A DNA stretch of 64,000 bases from an uncultured Dehalococcoidales bacterium (GCA_964428725.1 CAYRYW010000002.1:27733-91732); one strand, 5' to 3'; positions 33,746 through 44,503 are shown, numbered from the stretch's first letter. Program-made: numbers and translations. Notes: generated by a model from the sequence alone, not told the origin.

Positions 33746-35476
33746 ATGGGAAGAAAACTGATAGGAAAGTCTCCCCAGAAGCCAAGCGGAGGCTCAAGCG
33801 AAACCCTCTTAGAAGAATACTCGCACGTCAGAAGGCGTGGTGAAGAAACAGGTGATGGAATGCCCCAGGTGCTAATCGAAGCTAGCCCGGTTCAGATGAC
33901 TCTCACGGAGTCTAAGAACGGGAAATTTGTTGCTCGTGGTGAGTTCGGACGCGTAGGTATCCCAACTCAAAATGGTCGCATCTATCGTAAAGAGCTGATG
34001 AACAGAGAGATCGGCAGACTTTCGGAGGACATCTCTTCTCGTCGGGTACTAGGTGAGCTTGACCATCCATCCGACGGTAAGACTTCGCTAAAGCGGGTTT
34101 CTCATGTGATTACCGATCTGACAGTCAACGATGACGGTCTGATTATCGGAGAGGCAGAGATTCTGGATACCGCAGAGGGTAAGAATCTCAAGGCCCTCAT
34201 CGCTGCCAATGTTCAGATAGGCGTTTCCTCTCGTGGATTCGGGAGCACTCGCCCATCTGACGATCCCAAGGTGGAAGGCGATGTTGTCCAAGATGACTTC
34301 GTTCTGAAGACATGGGATTTCGTAGCTGATCCTGCGGTCAAGACAGCGCTTCCTGAGATCTTCATCGAGGATGTTAACGAGAAAGAGGATGCAGCAGATC
34401 TGTTCTTGGCTGAGTTCCCTGAGATTGCAGGGAAGATCCAAGAGGACGCCAGGGTGAAGGCCCAGGCAGAGATCGACGCTACTGCCAAGGAAGAACTCCG
34501 CAGGGAAATGGCGGAGGGATTCGAGCAGCGTTTAGCGGATGCAATCACTGGTGTGCGTGCGGATCTCACTGAGTCCATCCGTGAAGAGTTCCAGTCCGAT
34601 CCAGAGGTAGGCGGGGCGAAAGGCGTCCTGGCTGCTATCTCTGAGATGGTGTCTGCGTACAACTCGGTTCCAGACGAGGACGCTGTACGCGATTCTCTCC
34701 GAGCTTCCGAGCTAGAGGTATCCGAGGCAAGGCAGCAAGCCAAGGATGCCGAGAAAGCGGCGCTGAGAGCGCAGTGCGAGCTGGTTATCGAGAGGAACAT
34801 CGGCGAGCACCCGATGCGTGATGCGTTTAGGAATATCATCGAGGGTGTAGAATTCACCAGCGTGGATGACGCAGAACGCAAGATTGGCATCATGATCGAG
34901 GAAGCCCCTGACCTGAGTGAGGGGTATGTGTCTGATGCAGAGGCGGAGCTTCGCGAGGAGAACGCCAAGTTAAAAGGTCAAATTTCTCTCCTGTCGGAGA
35001 AGACTGATACGTTGAATGATAAATTGTTGAAAGCTGTAGAAGTGGGTACGGAGGCCAGCGATCAATTACAGGCGGCGCGAAACGCCTTGGAAGAGTTCGA
35101 TGGCAAACTTGAGGCTATGACGGAAGAGCGCGACGAAGCATTAGCCGAGGCGGATAATGCGGAGAAGCGTTCCAGGTTGGAAGCCTACAAGGTCCAAAAG
35201 GTTGCTGGATTGTCTAATGGTAGACAGTTGATGAGCGTAATGGAGGGTGTAACTTCCAAGAGCGCAATTGATACGTTGGTTGAAGAGAGGGGAGTTCAAG
35301 GGATCCCAGGAGGAGATCTGGAGGCTATGCGGGCAAGGTTGTCCCGTGGCCAGGCCATGTCCGAGAGGGAATTGAACGAGTCGCATCAAGCTAAGCCTTC
35401 CGCATCTGGTCGTCCACAGGTCGACGAGTTCGGTAACAACATGAGCGAGATGCAACGCCTAGCCGGTCTGGAGTAA
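33746..35476 (+). CDS. putative prohead protease fused to coiled-coil scaffold-like C-terminal half (start uncertain)
   Basis: N-part ...RVLGELDHPSDGK... resembles prohead protease motif (memory-based); C-part ~350 aa E/A/K-rich coiled-coil; ORF open from 33716 (TTG). Confidence 0.4.
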   Translation: MGRKLIGKSPQKPSGGSSETLLEEYSHVRRRGEETGDGMPQVLIEASPVQMTLTESKNGKFVARGEFGRVGIPTQNGRIYRKELMNREIGRLSEDISSRRVLGELDHPSDGKTSLKRVSHVITDLTVNDDGLIIGEAEILDTAEGKNLKALIAANVQIGVSSRGFGSTRPSDDPKVEGDVVQDDFVLKTWDFVADPAVKTALPEIFIEDVNEKEDAADLFLAEFPEIAGKIQEDARVKAQAEIDATAKEELRREMAEGFEQRLADAITGVRADLTESIREEFQSDPEVGGAKGVLAAISEMVSAYNSVPDEDAVRDSLRASELEVSEARQQAKDAEKAALRAQCELVIERNIGEHPMRDAFRNIIEGVEFTSVDDAERKIGIMIEEAPDLSEGYVSDAEAELREENAKLKGQISLLSEKTDTLNDKLLKAVEVGTEASDQLQAARNALEEFDGKLEAMTEERDEALAEADNAEKRSRLEAYKVQKVAGLSNGRQLMSVMEGVTSKSAIDTLVEERGVQGIPGGDLEAMRARLSRGQAMSERELNESHQAKPSASGRPQVDEFGNNMSEMQRLAGLE

Positions 35477-35505
35477 CTAGAGCGGCCTAACCAACGGAGA
35501 AATTG

Positions 35506-37104
35506 ATGGAAGCTAGAGAACTATTCGAGCAAGCCGGAGCCAAGACTGTTTTTGACGAGTCTTATACTGGTGCATGCGTCCAAAAATGGGGAAAGATGCT
35601 TGGCGGCATCGAGGACACCCATCTGAAGAAAAACACCGCTGTCCTTTTGGAGAATGAGCTTCAACATTTGAAGAGCTTCAATGAGGATACTCTATCCACA
35701 AACGCAGGCGCGTTCACGAAATACGTGTTCCCGATCCTGCGCAGGGTTTTCCCGAATCTGATTGCCAACCAGTTGGTATCGGTTCAGCCCATGACCTCTC
35801 CTGTTTCCGGCATCTTCTACTACGAGAAAAAGTACGAAGATCGCAAAGGAACCAAGATTCCTCAGACACCTATTGCTGATCTTCCGACAGCCATGGGTTA
35901 CGACGGTGAATTGGCAGCAGGCGACAATCTCAATCAGAACTTCGCGAAGTATTACAGCTCTGAGTTCGTAGACTACGACGTAGTTTGCACAGACACAGGA
36001 ACGTCCACAGACGCCCTGACCCAGGCTGGAACCAACTGCCGTGGAGCAGCATGGTCTCCCATCCGTGACAACGGAACAGTCGGACAGCGCACTTTCTACG
36101 TCAAAGCGTACTACCGCTTTGTCGATCCTGATGCTGCATCGGCTCCAACCGAAGCCATCGCCACAATGGATGCTTCTGGCAATCTGATCGACAATACTGC
36201 CACTGGCAACACCGTTGGAACATTCACCATCGCCACAGGCGCATGGGCGATTGATCCTGTCGGTTCCGGTGGTACAGCTGCTGGCGCATTGTTCGTCGAC
36301 AACACCGTCATCTACCTCCAGTATTTCGTGAACTGGGAACTCGTAGGCCAGACTTCTGGTGCCGAGATTCCTTCGATTGGTCTGGACATCACTCTATCGA
36401 CCGTTCAAGCCGAGAGTCGTAAGCTCAAAGCTCGTTGGTCCGTAGAAGCCATGGACGACCTCAAAGCCCTTCACGGCTTGGATGCAGAGACAGAGTTTGT
36501 TTCTACGTTCTCCAACGAGGTTCTTCTGGAGACAGACCGCGAGATCATCACAGACCTCGTGAACAACGCCGGTCACACCGCTGCTTACACCTACAGCTCG
36601 ACTGTTCCTGGTGAAGTAGAGAGCATTCGCCAGCTGCTGACTCAAATCAGTGCAGTGTCCGCTCGCATTCACAAAACAACCACTCGCGCTCCCGCGAACT
36701 TCCTGGTTGTTTCGACTGCGGTCGGTGGACTCCTGGACCAACTCTCGACACACGGCGACTTCGCCTCCATCGAGCAGAATATCCAGAGCCCAAGTTACGG
36801 TCCTGTGACTGCCAACTTCGGCATCACCAGAATCGGAACTCTGCTTCGCAAGTATGCGGTCTACCAAGATCCTTACATGGCGGACGGACAGATCCTCGTC
36901 GGTCTCAAAGGCAACAGCTTCCTGGACGCTGGTTACGTGTACGCACCTTACGTGCCACTACAACTGACACCAACCTTCATGGATCCGAACGACTTCACAT
37001 TCCGTAAGGGTGTCCGCACTCGTTACGCAACTAAGATGTTGCGTCCTGAGTACTACGGAGTGATCAACGTTTCGGGTCTGCCTTCGGTGACAACTAGTCT
37101 CTAA
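35506..37104 (+). CDS. major capsid protein, T4 gp23-like
   Basis: LRRVFPNLIANQLVSVQPMTSPVSGIF parallels T4 gp23 VRRAIPNLIAFDICGVQPMNSPTGQVF; LKARWSVEAMDDLKALHGLDAE and YVYAPYVPLQLTP...RTRYA parallel gp23 C-terminal blocks. Confidence 0.8.
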   Translation: MEARELFEQAGAKTVFDESYTGACVQKWGKMLGGIEDTHLKKNTAVLLENELQHLKSFNEDTLSTNAGAFTKYVFPILRRVFPNLIANQLVSVQPMTSPVSGIFYYEKKYEDRKGTKIPQTPIADLPTAMGYDGELAAGDNLNQNFAKYYSSEFVDYDVVCTDTGTSTDALTQAGTNCRGAAWSPIRDNGTVGQRTFYVKAYYRFVDPDAASAPTEAIATMDASGNLIDNTATGNTVGTFTIATGAWAIDPVGSGGTAAGALFVDNTVIYLQYFVNWELVGQTSGAEIPSIGLDITLSTVQAESRKLKARWSVEAMDDLKALHGLDAETEFVSTFSNEVLLETDREIITDLVNNAGHTAAYTYSSTVPGEVESIRQLLTQISAVSARIHKTTTRAPANFLVVSTAVGGLLDQLSTHGDFASIEQNIQSPSYGPVTANFGITRIGTLLRKYAVYQDPYMADGQILVGLKGNSFLDAGYVYAPYVPLQLTPTFMDPNDFTFRKGVRTRYATKMLRPEYYGVINVSGLPSVTTSL

Positions 37105-37136
37105 GGCTTAGCTCACTAGTTTGATCAGAACCCCCA

Positions 37137-37173
37137 GGGCTGGGTCGGGAAAACCGGCTCGGCCCTTTTTTTT
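37137..37173 (+). terminator. rho-independent terminator after capsid gene
   Basis: GGGCTGGGTCGG-gaaaa-CCGGCTCGGCCC stem (12 bp incl. 3 G-U) followed by TTTTTTTT. Confidence 0.6.
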
Positions 37174-37187
37174 GAAGGAGATTTTTC

Positions 37188-37613
37188 ATGTCTAAAAAAT
37201 ATATGCTCGCAGGATTCCAGACCAAGCCATGTACCCATCACGGGGTTAAGCATGTGGCAGCCGAAGGAAATGCTCCTGCACGCAAGATATTTGTCGATGT
37301 AGCGTTCAAACCGGGCAAGATTACGGAGACGGATCTTGACATGAGCGCAATCGTGGAGGCCGGGTATATTACCGAGGTGCTGATTGCCAAACCGCCAGTC
37401 AAGGCGCCGGAGAAAAAAATTGTTGCTCCCGAAGTGCCGCAGGGTGACAATGAGAAGCAAGATGAGCCTATAAAAGTCGAGATCGGCGATATGGAGGCGA
37501 CCATAGATCCTGGTAAAGACGGTGAGCTTGGCACGAAAGACGATGTCGTAGAGGTCAAGCCGAAGCCCAAGAAGTCCAAAAGGAGGAGCAAGTTATCCTC
37601 TCTGAAGAACTAG
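37188..37613 (+). CDS. hypothetical virion-associated protein (possible capsid decoration)
   Basis: GAAGGAG SD 7 nt before ATG just past terminator; 141 aa. Confidence 0.5.
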   Translation: MSKKYMLAGFQTKPCTHHGVKHVAAEGNAPARKIFVDVAFKPGKITETDLDMSAIVEAGYITEVLIAKPPVKAPEKKIVAPEVPQGDNEKQDEPIKVEIGDMEATIDPGKDGELGTKDDVVEVKPKPKKSKRRSKLSSLKN

Positions 37614-37775
37614 GAATGACAAGGTCGATGAACCTTTCTGTGGAAAAGGCCAGCACAAGCATTGAAGCAGAGGGGTTCGTGGGTCTTCTTCTTGATAAGT
37701 GTCTGAATATTACCCGTTTACAGAGTTCATGGTTGGCGAACCGTCAGCCTGTCTCAACATGGATGAGGTTTTGAA

Positions 37776-38423
37776 ATGAGTATTCTGAATGAGATGCTAG
37801 AGATGGCTGGGGTTTCCGATGCCGATCTTCCTGAGTCCAATGGTTCCAGCGAGGAATTAGCCGAGGCAATGTCCAGGGTCAAGCATACACATGATCCGGG
37901 CAGGCAGAATCTTGTGGTTACTCACCCACAGGATGTTTTCAGGGCTGTCTTATCTCCGCTTGGTGCTTCGCCCATGCCTATGGCTGGTTACTCAGCATCA
38001 GCTCCGGTGGACTCTCCTAATGCGATTCAGATAAGGGCAGCCCTAGAGGAGCGGGGATACAAGAACCATTATCCTGTTCTTGTTCTTTATGCGCTTAGCC
38101 CGGCGACCAACAAAGAGAGCAGGATTGCATCGTTTGAATTCGGCAACAAGGTTCTCTACAGTGATTTAGGGGGCAGGCATAGCGCCTGGACCGTTGAAGG
38201 CGATCCATCTTTTGAACATGTCGGCAAGGCCGAAGCTGCCATTAATGTTGTAGTTTCAAAAGCCTCTAAGTTCATCAAAAATTATGTCAAAGCGGCTCAG
38301 AAGGTTCCAAAGAGCCCTGTTGGAGGAGAGTCTATCGACAGGGCATTGCAGATAAACAAGGAATTGGGTTTAAGGATACCTGAGGCAAAACTCAAGAAGC
38401 TCTTTCACGTACTGGGCAAGTAA
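37776..38423 (+). CDS. hypothetical structural-module protein
   Basis: 215-aa ORF after 160-nt gap. Confidence 0.5.
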   Translation: MSILNEMLEMAGVSDADLPESNGSSEELAEAMSRVKHTHDPGRQNLVVTHPQDVFRAVLSPLGASPMPMAGYSASAPVDSPNAIQIRAALEERGYKNHYPVLVLYALSPATNKESRIASFEFGNKVLYSDLGGRHSAWTVEGDPSFEHVGKAEAAINVVVSKASKFIKNYVKAAQKVPKSPVGGESIDRALQINKELGLRIPEAKLKKLFHVLGK

Positions 38424-38456
38424 TCTCAGATCGCTTCAATTGGAAGGAAAATCAGT

Positions 38457-39131
38457 ATGGCACTGGAACACGAGATGAGAATGAAAAACGTTGTCCCTGT
38501 TGGAGAGCTTTCAACAGGTGACTCGGTTGTTGTCCGGACTCGAATGGGCAAAGAAGTCATGTCGGGGTCTGTCCGGACGGTGACTCCTTTCGGTATCATC
38601 ATGGCGGAGAGCAGCGGGGGAACTAGCTTCTTCCGGAGTTCTCTCTATCTGTTCGCGTCTGAGAAGGCGGAGGAAGAGGTAGAGAATGCCCTCGATTCTC
38701 GTGTTCAGGCCAAGCTGGATGCAATGAGTGAGGCGGGGGATCCTACTGCCTCGGATACCGGGGGAGCAAAGAAGATGTCCTCCAGTATAGCCAAGAAGGA
38801 CAAAGAGGACGAAGAGGACAAGGAAGACGAAGAAGACGAAGAGTCCAAGGACGATAAAGAAGACGACAAGAAAGACGACAAGAAGGGTAAGAAGGATGGG
38901 GACAGCGATTCTGTCGATCCGGAAGACCTTCCGTCGGATATAAAAAGCTCCATTTCGTCGGCTGGCGAGTTCAGCGACGCTGAGGCTAACGAAGTTCTGT
39001 CTGACATAAACGACATAGCTATCAAGACGTTGAAGCGGAATGGCATTCTCGAAAAGGACGTTCTCCGCGTGGCTCAGGCTATCAGCGATGCTGTTGACAA
39101 GGTCTTGGCAGGAGAAGTTTCGAAGGAGTAG
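38457..39131 (+). CDS. hypothetical protein with poly-acidic KEDEEDKEDEEDEESKDDKEDDKKDDKK stretch
   Basis: 224-aa ORF. Confidence 0.5.
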   Translation: MALEHEMRMKNVVPVGELSTGDSVVVRTRMGKEVMSGSVRTVTPFGIIMAESSGGTSFFRSSLYLFASEKAEEEVENALDSRVQAKLDAMSEAGDPTASDTGGAKKMSSSIAKKDKEDEEDKEDEEDEESKDDKEDDKKDDKKGKKDGDSDSVDPEDLPSDIKSSISSAGEFSDAEANEVLSDINDIAIKTLKRNGILEKDVLRVAQAISDAVDKVLAGEVSKE

Positions 39132-39134
39132 CCA

Positions 39135-39854
39135 ATGCGTTTCAACGAGGCTCAAATAAAAGAGTGGATCCAGCGGCGGCTAGGCTTAGGGACAGTAAAG
39201 GTCGAGCTGACTGCGGAGCATCTCAACGACGCCATAACCGACGCTAAAGTATGGTGGCAGTCCTGGGTTGGCCAGGGCAAAGGGACCCTGTTTACGCTGA
39301 CCGGGGCTACCGAGTACGATGTGGATACGATTGCGGACGATGTTGACTCAGTGGTTGATGTTGCATTTGAGGTGTCTGGTCATTCGCTGACTGATTATTT
39401 CAAGTGGGCGGATGTAGAGGTGAACCCATATCAGTGGATTTACGGCGGCGGCGGTGGTGGATACTCGGCACTTCTTCAGTACACTCAATACAGGGAGATG
39501 GCCAAGCAGATTGCAGGTGCTGAGCAGGATTGGGTTTTCGAGCGAGCAAGAAGAGTGTTGGTCCTGACTCCGCAGCCAGATGCGGGGACCACGATACTTG
39601 TGAATTACATCTCTCGGAATGTGGATCTCACGTACCTAGAGAACCATGAGATGTACATTTTCAGGAAATATGCCCTGGCTCAAGCGATGAAGACTTTGGC
39701 TACTATCCGGATGAAATACTCTGGGAAGCCTTCGGCGACCGGGGAGTTCACGATGGATGGAGATGCTCTCTATGCGAATGGAGAGGCTCTAGAGCAAGAC
39801 ACCGAGGAGAAGGCCAGGTTGCTTCAGGCGCCAGTCGGCTTCTTCGCAGAATAA
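39135..39854 (+). CDS. hypothetical structural protein
   Basis: 239-aa ORF. Confidence 0.5.
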   Translation: MRFNEAQIKEWIQRRLGLGTVKVELTAEHLNDAITDAKVWWQSWVGQGKGTLFTLTGATEYDVDTIADDVDSVVDVAFEVSGHSLTDYFKWADVEVNPYQWIYGGGGGGYSALLQYTQYREMAKQIAGAEQDWVFERARRVLVLTPQPDAGTTILVNYISRNVDLTYLENHEMYIFRKYALAQAMKTLATIRMKYSGKPSATGEFTMDGDALYANGEALEQDTEEKARLLQAPVGFFAE

Positions 39855-39857
39855 TTT

Positions 39858-39874
39858 GCGAACTTGAGTTCGCG
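39858..39874 (+). repeat. palindromic hairpin motif copy 10/12
   Basis: GCGAACTTGAGTTCGCG 3 nt after stop, 10 nt before next ATG. Confidence 0.7.
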
Positions 39875-39884
39875 GGAGAAAGAA

Positions 39885-41261
39885 ATGTACCACGACATCA
39901 AGAAGCTGAAAGAGATGCACGAGGACGTCCTGGAGATCCTCAGCGAGGACGACAAGGCCAAGCTCGGGTATAGGAAGTTGGACGAGAGCGCCGTTGTTGA
40001 TCAGATTCATCAAATCGACGAGTCTGACATAGCAATATCCGGTAACCTGGTTCCCCTCATGCGCATGCAAGACCGCAAGGACATCAAGCCTGCGCAGGGC
40101 AAAGAGAGCGATGCAGAGATTTACTTCACATTTGAAGACCTCTCCGACGCGCAGGAGCTGTATGACTTCGTGTTGGACACAGGGATGTTGGAAGCCGGTG
40201 AAGTCAGATTGACCATGGAGTCGGGGCAGAACTCTGTCCATTTTGCTCCACATGTGATCTGGACCAAGCCGGACGTTTTCCAGGCCGTACTCATGGCGTA
40301 TGACGAGTACGTTACCGAGGATAGCGACGAAGCAGTAGACAACTTGACTGAGGCCGTAATGGTTGCCTTAGACGAGAAGTACAAGGTTTCTGGAGCACCC
40401 AAGAAGCGCAAAAAGGGCAACCCGTTCCACGACAAAGAGGGGAAACTTTCTGGTCCAAAGGAGATCGACAAAGCGGACGGTGGATCCTTTTCCTCTGGCA
40501 AGACCAAGCTCAAGTTCACGAAGGCAAAGAAGGCCAAAAGTGGTGACATGGTAGCGAACTTTGCGTCTACCAAGCGTCCCTGTGGAAGAACTGCTCGCGA
40601 AAAAGGTAAAGACATTCGCTGCTGGGACGGTTCAAAAGGCGCAGGGGCCGCTATGGCCAAGGTCCTAAAGAAGAAGCTCAGGAAAGAGGACATCTCTGAC
40701 GATGAACTCCGCACATTCATCGAGGCACTGGACTATCTTGACCGCAGCGTTGCCATGATGGAGGCAGAGCGCGGAGAGGAAAGAGGAGAGACACCCCCTT
40801 TTCAAAGTAAAGACATCGACTTAAGAGAGGCTCAGAAGGCCGACCCTGCATTGGCCATGCCCGACGACGAGAAGAAGGCAAAGCCAGGGGCTTTCAAGAT
40901 TAGCCAGAAGGCGATCAAGCTGTTCAAGTCTGGCATTCCCGAGTGGACACTGGACAAGGCGCTGTTTACAAAGGTCAACAAGGTCATAGACGAGATAGGC
41001 TGGGATGATTGGAACAAGGTGTTTGGTACGGAAGATCGTGCCGAGGCCCAGGATGTTATTGCTCGCTCGCCTAAGAGGGCATTTCAGAAGTTCATGCGAA
41101 ACATTCACAGGCATTCCCCCATGCTTGGTAAGTATATCCGGGCGGTTCCCTCGAACGCTTCGATTATCTTTTACATAGCTGTGTCGAAAATCTCCGGGGT
41201 TGACATGGCAGACATCATTCTGAAGAAATATTTCCTTACCAAAGACGAGACAGAAAAGTAA
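39885..41261 (+). CDS. hypothetical structural protein
   Basis: ATG 39885 after GGGAGAAAGAA; 459 aa. Confidence 0.5.
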   Translation: MYHDIKKLKEMHEDVLEILSEDDKAKLGYRKLDESAVVDQIHQIDESDIAISGNLVPLMRMQDRKDIKPAQGKESDAEIYFTFEDLSDAQELYDFVLDTGMLEAGEVRLTMESGQNSVHFAPHVIWTKPDVFQAVLMAYDEYVTEDSDEAVDNLTEAVMVALDEKYKVSGAPKKRKKGNPFHDKEGKLSGPKEIDKADGGSFSSGKTKLKFTKAKKAKSGDMVANFASTKRPCGRTAREKGKDIRCWDGSKGAGAAMAKVLKKKLRKEDISDDELRTFIEALDYLDRSVAMMEAERGEERGETPPFQSKDIDLREAQKADPALAMPDDEKKAKPGAFKISQKAIKLFKSGIPEWTLDKALFTKVNKVIDEIGWDDWNKVFGTEDRAEAQDVIARSPKRAFQKFMRNIHRHSPMLGKYIRAVPSNASIIFYIAVSKISGVDMADIILKKYFLTKDETEK

Positions 41262-41282
41262 GTCTCTCAGAAGGGTCTAACC

Positions 41283-41837
41283 ATGGCTCGTGTCTACTAC
41301 GACGAAGACGCTACGTATTTGCGTAGCCTTGAGGAGGAGCGGATCGAGCTATCAGGGCCGACCTGCGAATACTTCTCACTGAACAGGGGACAGAACGTCG
41401 ACGCTCTTTACGGGGAGCCGACCAATGATCCCCTGTACGGTGGGTCTTCGCCTCCTGGGACTCCATCTAGGAGCGAGGACGCGTGGAACTTTTACCCTGA
41501 CGCGGAGGCAGAGATACCGGAGCCTGATATTACCTTCCCGTGCGCTATGGAGTTCGTCGAATCTGACGGGCGGACTCCTTCTGTTCGGGAGGGTGGTTTC
41601 GTTGCTGAGTTCGACGGCATCGTATCCATATCCAGGAACCACTGGGAGTGTGCCTACGAGGGGACCACCGTGGAGGGGCGTCTACCCAAAGAAGGTGACG
41701 TGATTTATGTGTTTGATGAGTGGTGGGATGTTGTTAGATCGGGAACTAGCGGTAATGTGTTAGACTCGACGACGTACGTGGGATTCAGGCTAGAAGTGAA
41801 GAAAAGAACTCAGTTTACGCCTGATAAGAAGGACTGA
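41283..41837 (+). CDS. hypothetical structural protein
   Basis: 184-aa ORF. Confidence 0.5.
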   Translation: MARVYYDEDATYLRSLEEERIELSGPTCEYFSLNRGQNVDALYGEPTNDPLYGGSSPPGTPSRSEDAWNFYPDAEAEIPEPDITFPCAMEFVESDGRTPSVREGGFVAEFDGIVSISRNHWECAYEGTTVEGRLPKEGDVIYVFDEWWDVVRSGTSGNVLDSTTYVGFRLEVKKRTQFTPDKKD

Positions 41838-41839
41838 CG

Positions 41840-42220
41840 ATGATTGATGCTGATAGCGCAAACAAAGCTGTTAAAAACGGACTGGTTGCAATGTGCGCTT
41901 GGTGCGAGAGGCTATGGGAATCGTACGACAAAACAGGGTCGTTATCGTGCCGGGAGGACTGCGGCGGACCGGCGTCTAGCCGTGGGTTTCCTCGGTACAA
42001 GGGTCCTTGGAGGCAGGGGCGAGCACGCTTCTGCTTTAGGTGCGGGGGAGAGGCCACCGCAATGGTCGAGTTCAGGGAGCGAGACGGCGAGCGCCACATG
42101 ATCGGGATATGCGAAGAGCATATGGATGAGCTGAAAAGGATCGTGGGCAGTCAAAAGGGTGTAATTGTTAAGGAGAAGAGAATCAGCATAATGGATCTCT
42201 TTGATTCAGAGGCAACATGA
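41840..42220 (+). CDS. zinc-ribbon protein (CAWC...C..C, CFRC...C..H)
   Basis: 126-aa ORF, ATGA overlaps. Confidence 0.5.
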   Translation: MIDADSANKAVKNGLVAMCAWCERLWESYDKTGSLSCREDCGGPASSRGFPRYKGPWRQGRARFCFRCGGEATAMVEFRERDGERHMIGICEEHMDELKRIVGSQKGVIVKEKRISIMDLFDSEAT

Positions 42221-43803
42221 CCAAGATTGCTCGGTTCGGAACAGGCGCAAGCGGTGGCGTTTATATAAACGACATTGAGCCAAACGGAGGAGGGAACGTC
42301 GGGGGCAAGGTCTTTGTGACCGGCTCCAATGACAACATCCTTGAGTCCTGCGTTGCCGATGATCCGAATTTGAGAGTTTACGTTGTTGCCTTGATCGGCG
42401 TGAGCAACCTAAGACCAGCTGTTTCTGTGAACGGAGTGTCCGTAGGCAACTGGGATTATGATGCGTACGAGACAGATAATCGGGTGCTGTTCAGGGGATA
42501 CGCGGACATCGTTCTGAGTGGGACGGTTGTCACGGCTACCCATGAGGACGGGGTGACAGATTCGTGCATAGTGGAAGCGGACCCTCGTCCTGTTATTTCA
42601 TCTGCTGAATTCGTGGGCGTGTATCCGACTGGTCCGACGGGCGTTGTTCAGACACAGGTGAAGGACGGGGATACGTTCTCCGTCTCTGTGGCCACTGACA
42701 TCGATTTTGACAGGGTTGAGTTCGAGGACAGTGGAGCGCTTAGGTCTGGGACGCAGGCGGTCACACAGGGGGTCTCAGCGACCGTGGACGCGACGATAGA
42801 TGCAACAGGGACCAGTACGCAGTCCTTGGGCGGTCGCGTGCGCGTGAGTACACCCTCTGGCTCGTGGAGCGAGTGGTTCAATATTACGAACACCGTGGAC
42901 TGCAATGACACTGTTCCGAGCGTGTCGTTTGGGCTGAAGACGTATCCGGCTGGGCAGAGTGCACTGAAGAACAGCGAGTCGGCTACTGTGGTGAATACCA
43001 TCTCCGGATGGAGCGCTTCTGTGGACGAGGTTACGTATTCGACTCCTGGGCAGCTCGCGATAGTGAACGACACAGTGTACGAGAGTCCTAAGTCGGTAAG
43101 CCGGGCGAGCGGATCGTACAATGTTACCGTGGATAATCTCAGTATTCTGGCTACCAGGATCGCGAATGGGGCGCAGGATACGAGCAGTACAGTCATAAAG
43201 ATCGCCAACGTTCTGCCCGTGATAGATGTCTCGATAGTGGGAGCGACTAGGATGAGGACGGGCGGCAACGATGGGACACCTGTCCAGTCTTACCAAATCC
43301 TCATTGAGTCCTCTCAGGATCTGATTTCGGCGCCCTTGCTTTCCAAGGCTGTTGCCGATGACAACGCGTTTGGTATGTTCTCCGGATCCGGCGACACATG
43401 GACGGCCACGTATGAGGCCGACGATGACAACCCGGTGGGTTCTTTTGCCTGGAATACACTGTCGGCTACGAACCTATCAGGGATGACTCAGACGACGATT
43501 GCGAGCGGTGTGAACTATGAAGTTGGCGGGTTCGTGTCTCGGACGATTGCGATACCTGGAAGCGTCGACAATGGGGAGATAAATGTAAGGATTACAGAGT
43601 GGACATCGAAGATTGTCTTCTCGTGGACGTCTGATGCGACAGTAATCACAAAGGGAACAATCGGAGATACTACACAATACATACAGGACACATGGACCAT
43701 TGATGCGCTGGACACGTATCCGACAAGGATCTTGATACAGGACACGTCTGCTGCGCTTTCATCGACCGACGTAAGTTACGTTACGCTTGAAGAGGAAGAG
43801 TGA
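42217..43803 (+). CDS. virion structural protein (528 aa, Thr/Ser/Val-rich beta-type)
   Basis: Long ORF in structural module. Confidence 0.5.
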   Translation: MTKIARFGTGASGGVYINDIEPNGGGNVGGKVFVTGSNDNILESCVADDPNLRVYVVALIGVSNLRPAVSVNGVSVGNWDYDAYETDNRVLFRGYADIVLSGTVVTATHEDGVTDSCIVEADPRPVISSAEFVGVYPTGPTGVVQTQVKDGDTFSVSVATDIDFDRVEFEDSGALRSGTQAVTQGVSATVDATIDATGTSTQSLGGRVRVSTPSGSWSEWFNITNTVDCNDTVPSVSFGLKTYPAGQSALKNSESATVVNTISGWSASVDEVTYSTPGQLAIVNDTVYESPKSVSRASGSYNVTVDNLSILATRIANGAQDTSSTVIKIANVLPVIDVSIVGATRMRTGGNDGTPVQSYQILIESSQDLISAPLLSKAVADDNAFGMFSGSGDTWTATYEADDDNPVGSFAWNTLSATNLSGMTQTTIASGVNYEVGGFVSRTIAIPGSVDNGEINVRITEWTSKIVFSWTSDATVITKGTIGDTTQYIQDTWTIDALDTYPTRILIQDTSAALSSTDVSYVTLEEEE

Positions 43804-43806
43804 TCC

Positions 43807-44460
43807 TTGGCGACGATTGAGGGAAATGCGTTTGAGATTCAAAGACGTTCGGTTATGTACAACCAGAACACGTCGATGTCTGCTGCCCAGGGCGGCGGAA
43901 CTCTCGGATACAACGGAGATCCCAACCTAGTACCAGTCCCTCCTCTTGGAACTTCAGGGGAGCAGTTAATCTACAACTGTGCGATGGGGTCGGCGTATCA
44001 GCATTCAGACGGCACGATATACGACAAGACAGAGCGGCCAAATACGTGGGTGGTACGCATACAGGCTGGTGAGCCGAGTCTTACCGGGTACGTGGACGTG
44101 GCTTGTCTAACGACGGACGTTGTTGGGTCTCCGGTGTCGATACGGGAGGCTCCGATTAATGGGAAGTGGAGGGTCCAGACAGCGGATCCTACTGATTTCA
44201 CGAAGATGCCGTCTTTAGGGGTGTTAATCTCTAAATCTACCCCTACGGTCGGCGTGGCAAAAATACTTGGTGTGTGTGATGTATTCACAGGTCTTACGCC
44301 TGGCGTTAATTACATGGTTGGAACAAGCGGGGGCCTTTTAGAAGAGGTTCCGATTTCGTCTCCGACCGGAGTGTTCTGGGGCCAACATCTCGGTGTGGCA
44401 GTAAGCGAGAGCATTTTGATGCTAGGAGGAAATGTGAATATGATTGGATATAGTGTATGA
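43807..44460 (+). CDS. hypothetical structural protein (TTG start uncertain)
   Basis: 217-aa ORF. Confidence 0.4.
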   Translation: MATIEGNAFEIQRRSVMYNQNTSMSAAQGGGTLGYNGDPNLVPVPPLGTSGEQLIYNCAMGSAYQHSDGTIYDKTERPNTWVVRIQAGEPSLTGYVDVACLTTDVVGSPVSIREAPINGKWRVQTADPTDFTKMPSLGVLISKSTPTVGVAKILGVCDVFTGLTPGVNYMVGTSGGLLEEVPISSPTGVFWGQHLGVAVSESILMLGGNVNMIGYSV

Positions 44461-44503
44461 TTAATGAAAGTTGAAAGAGATGACTGATGAAGGAGATGGA
44501 ACG

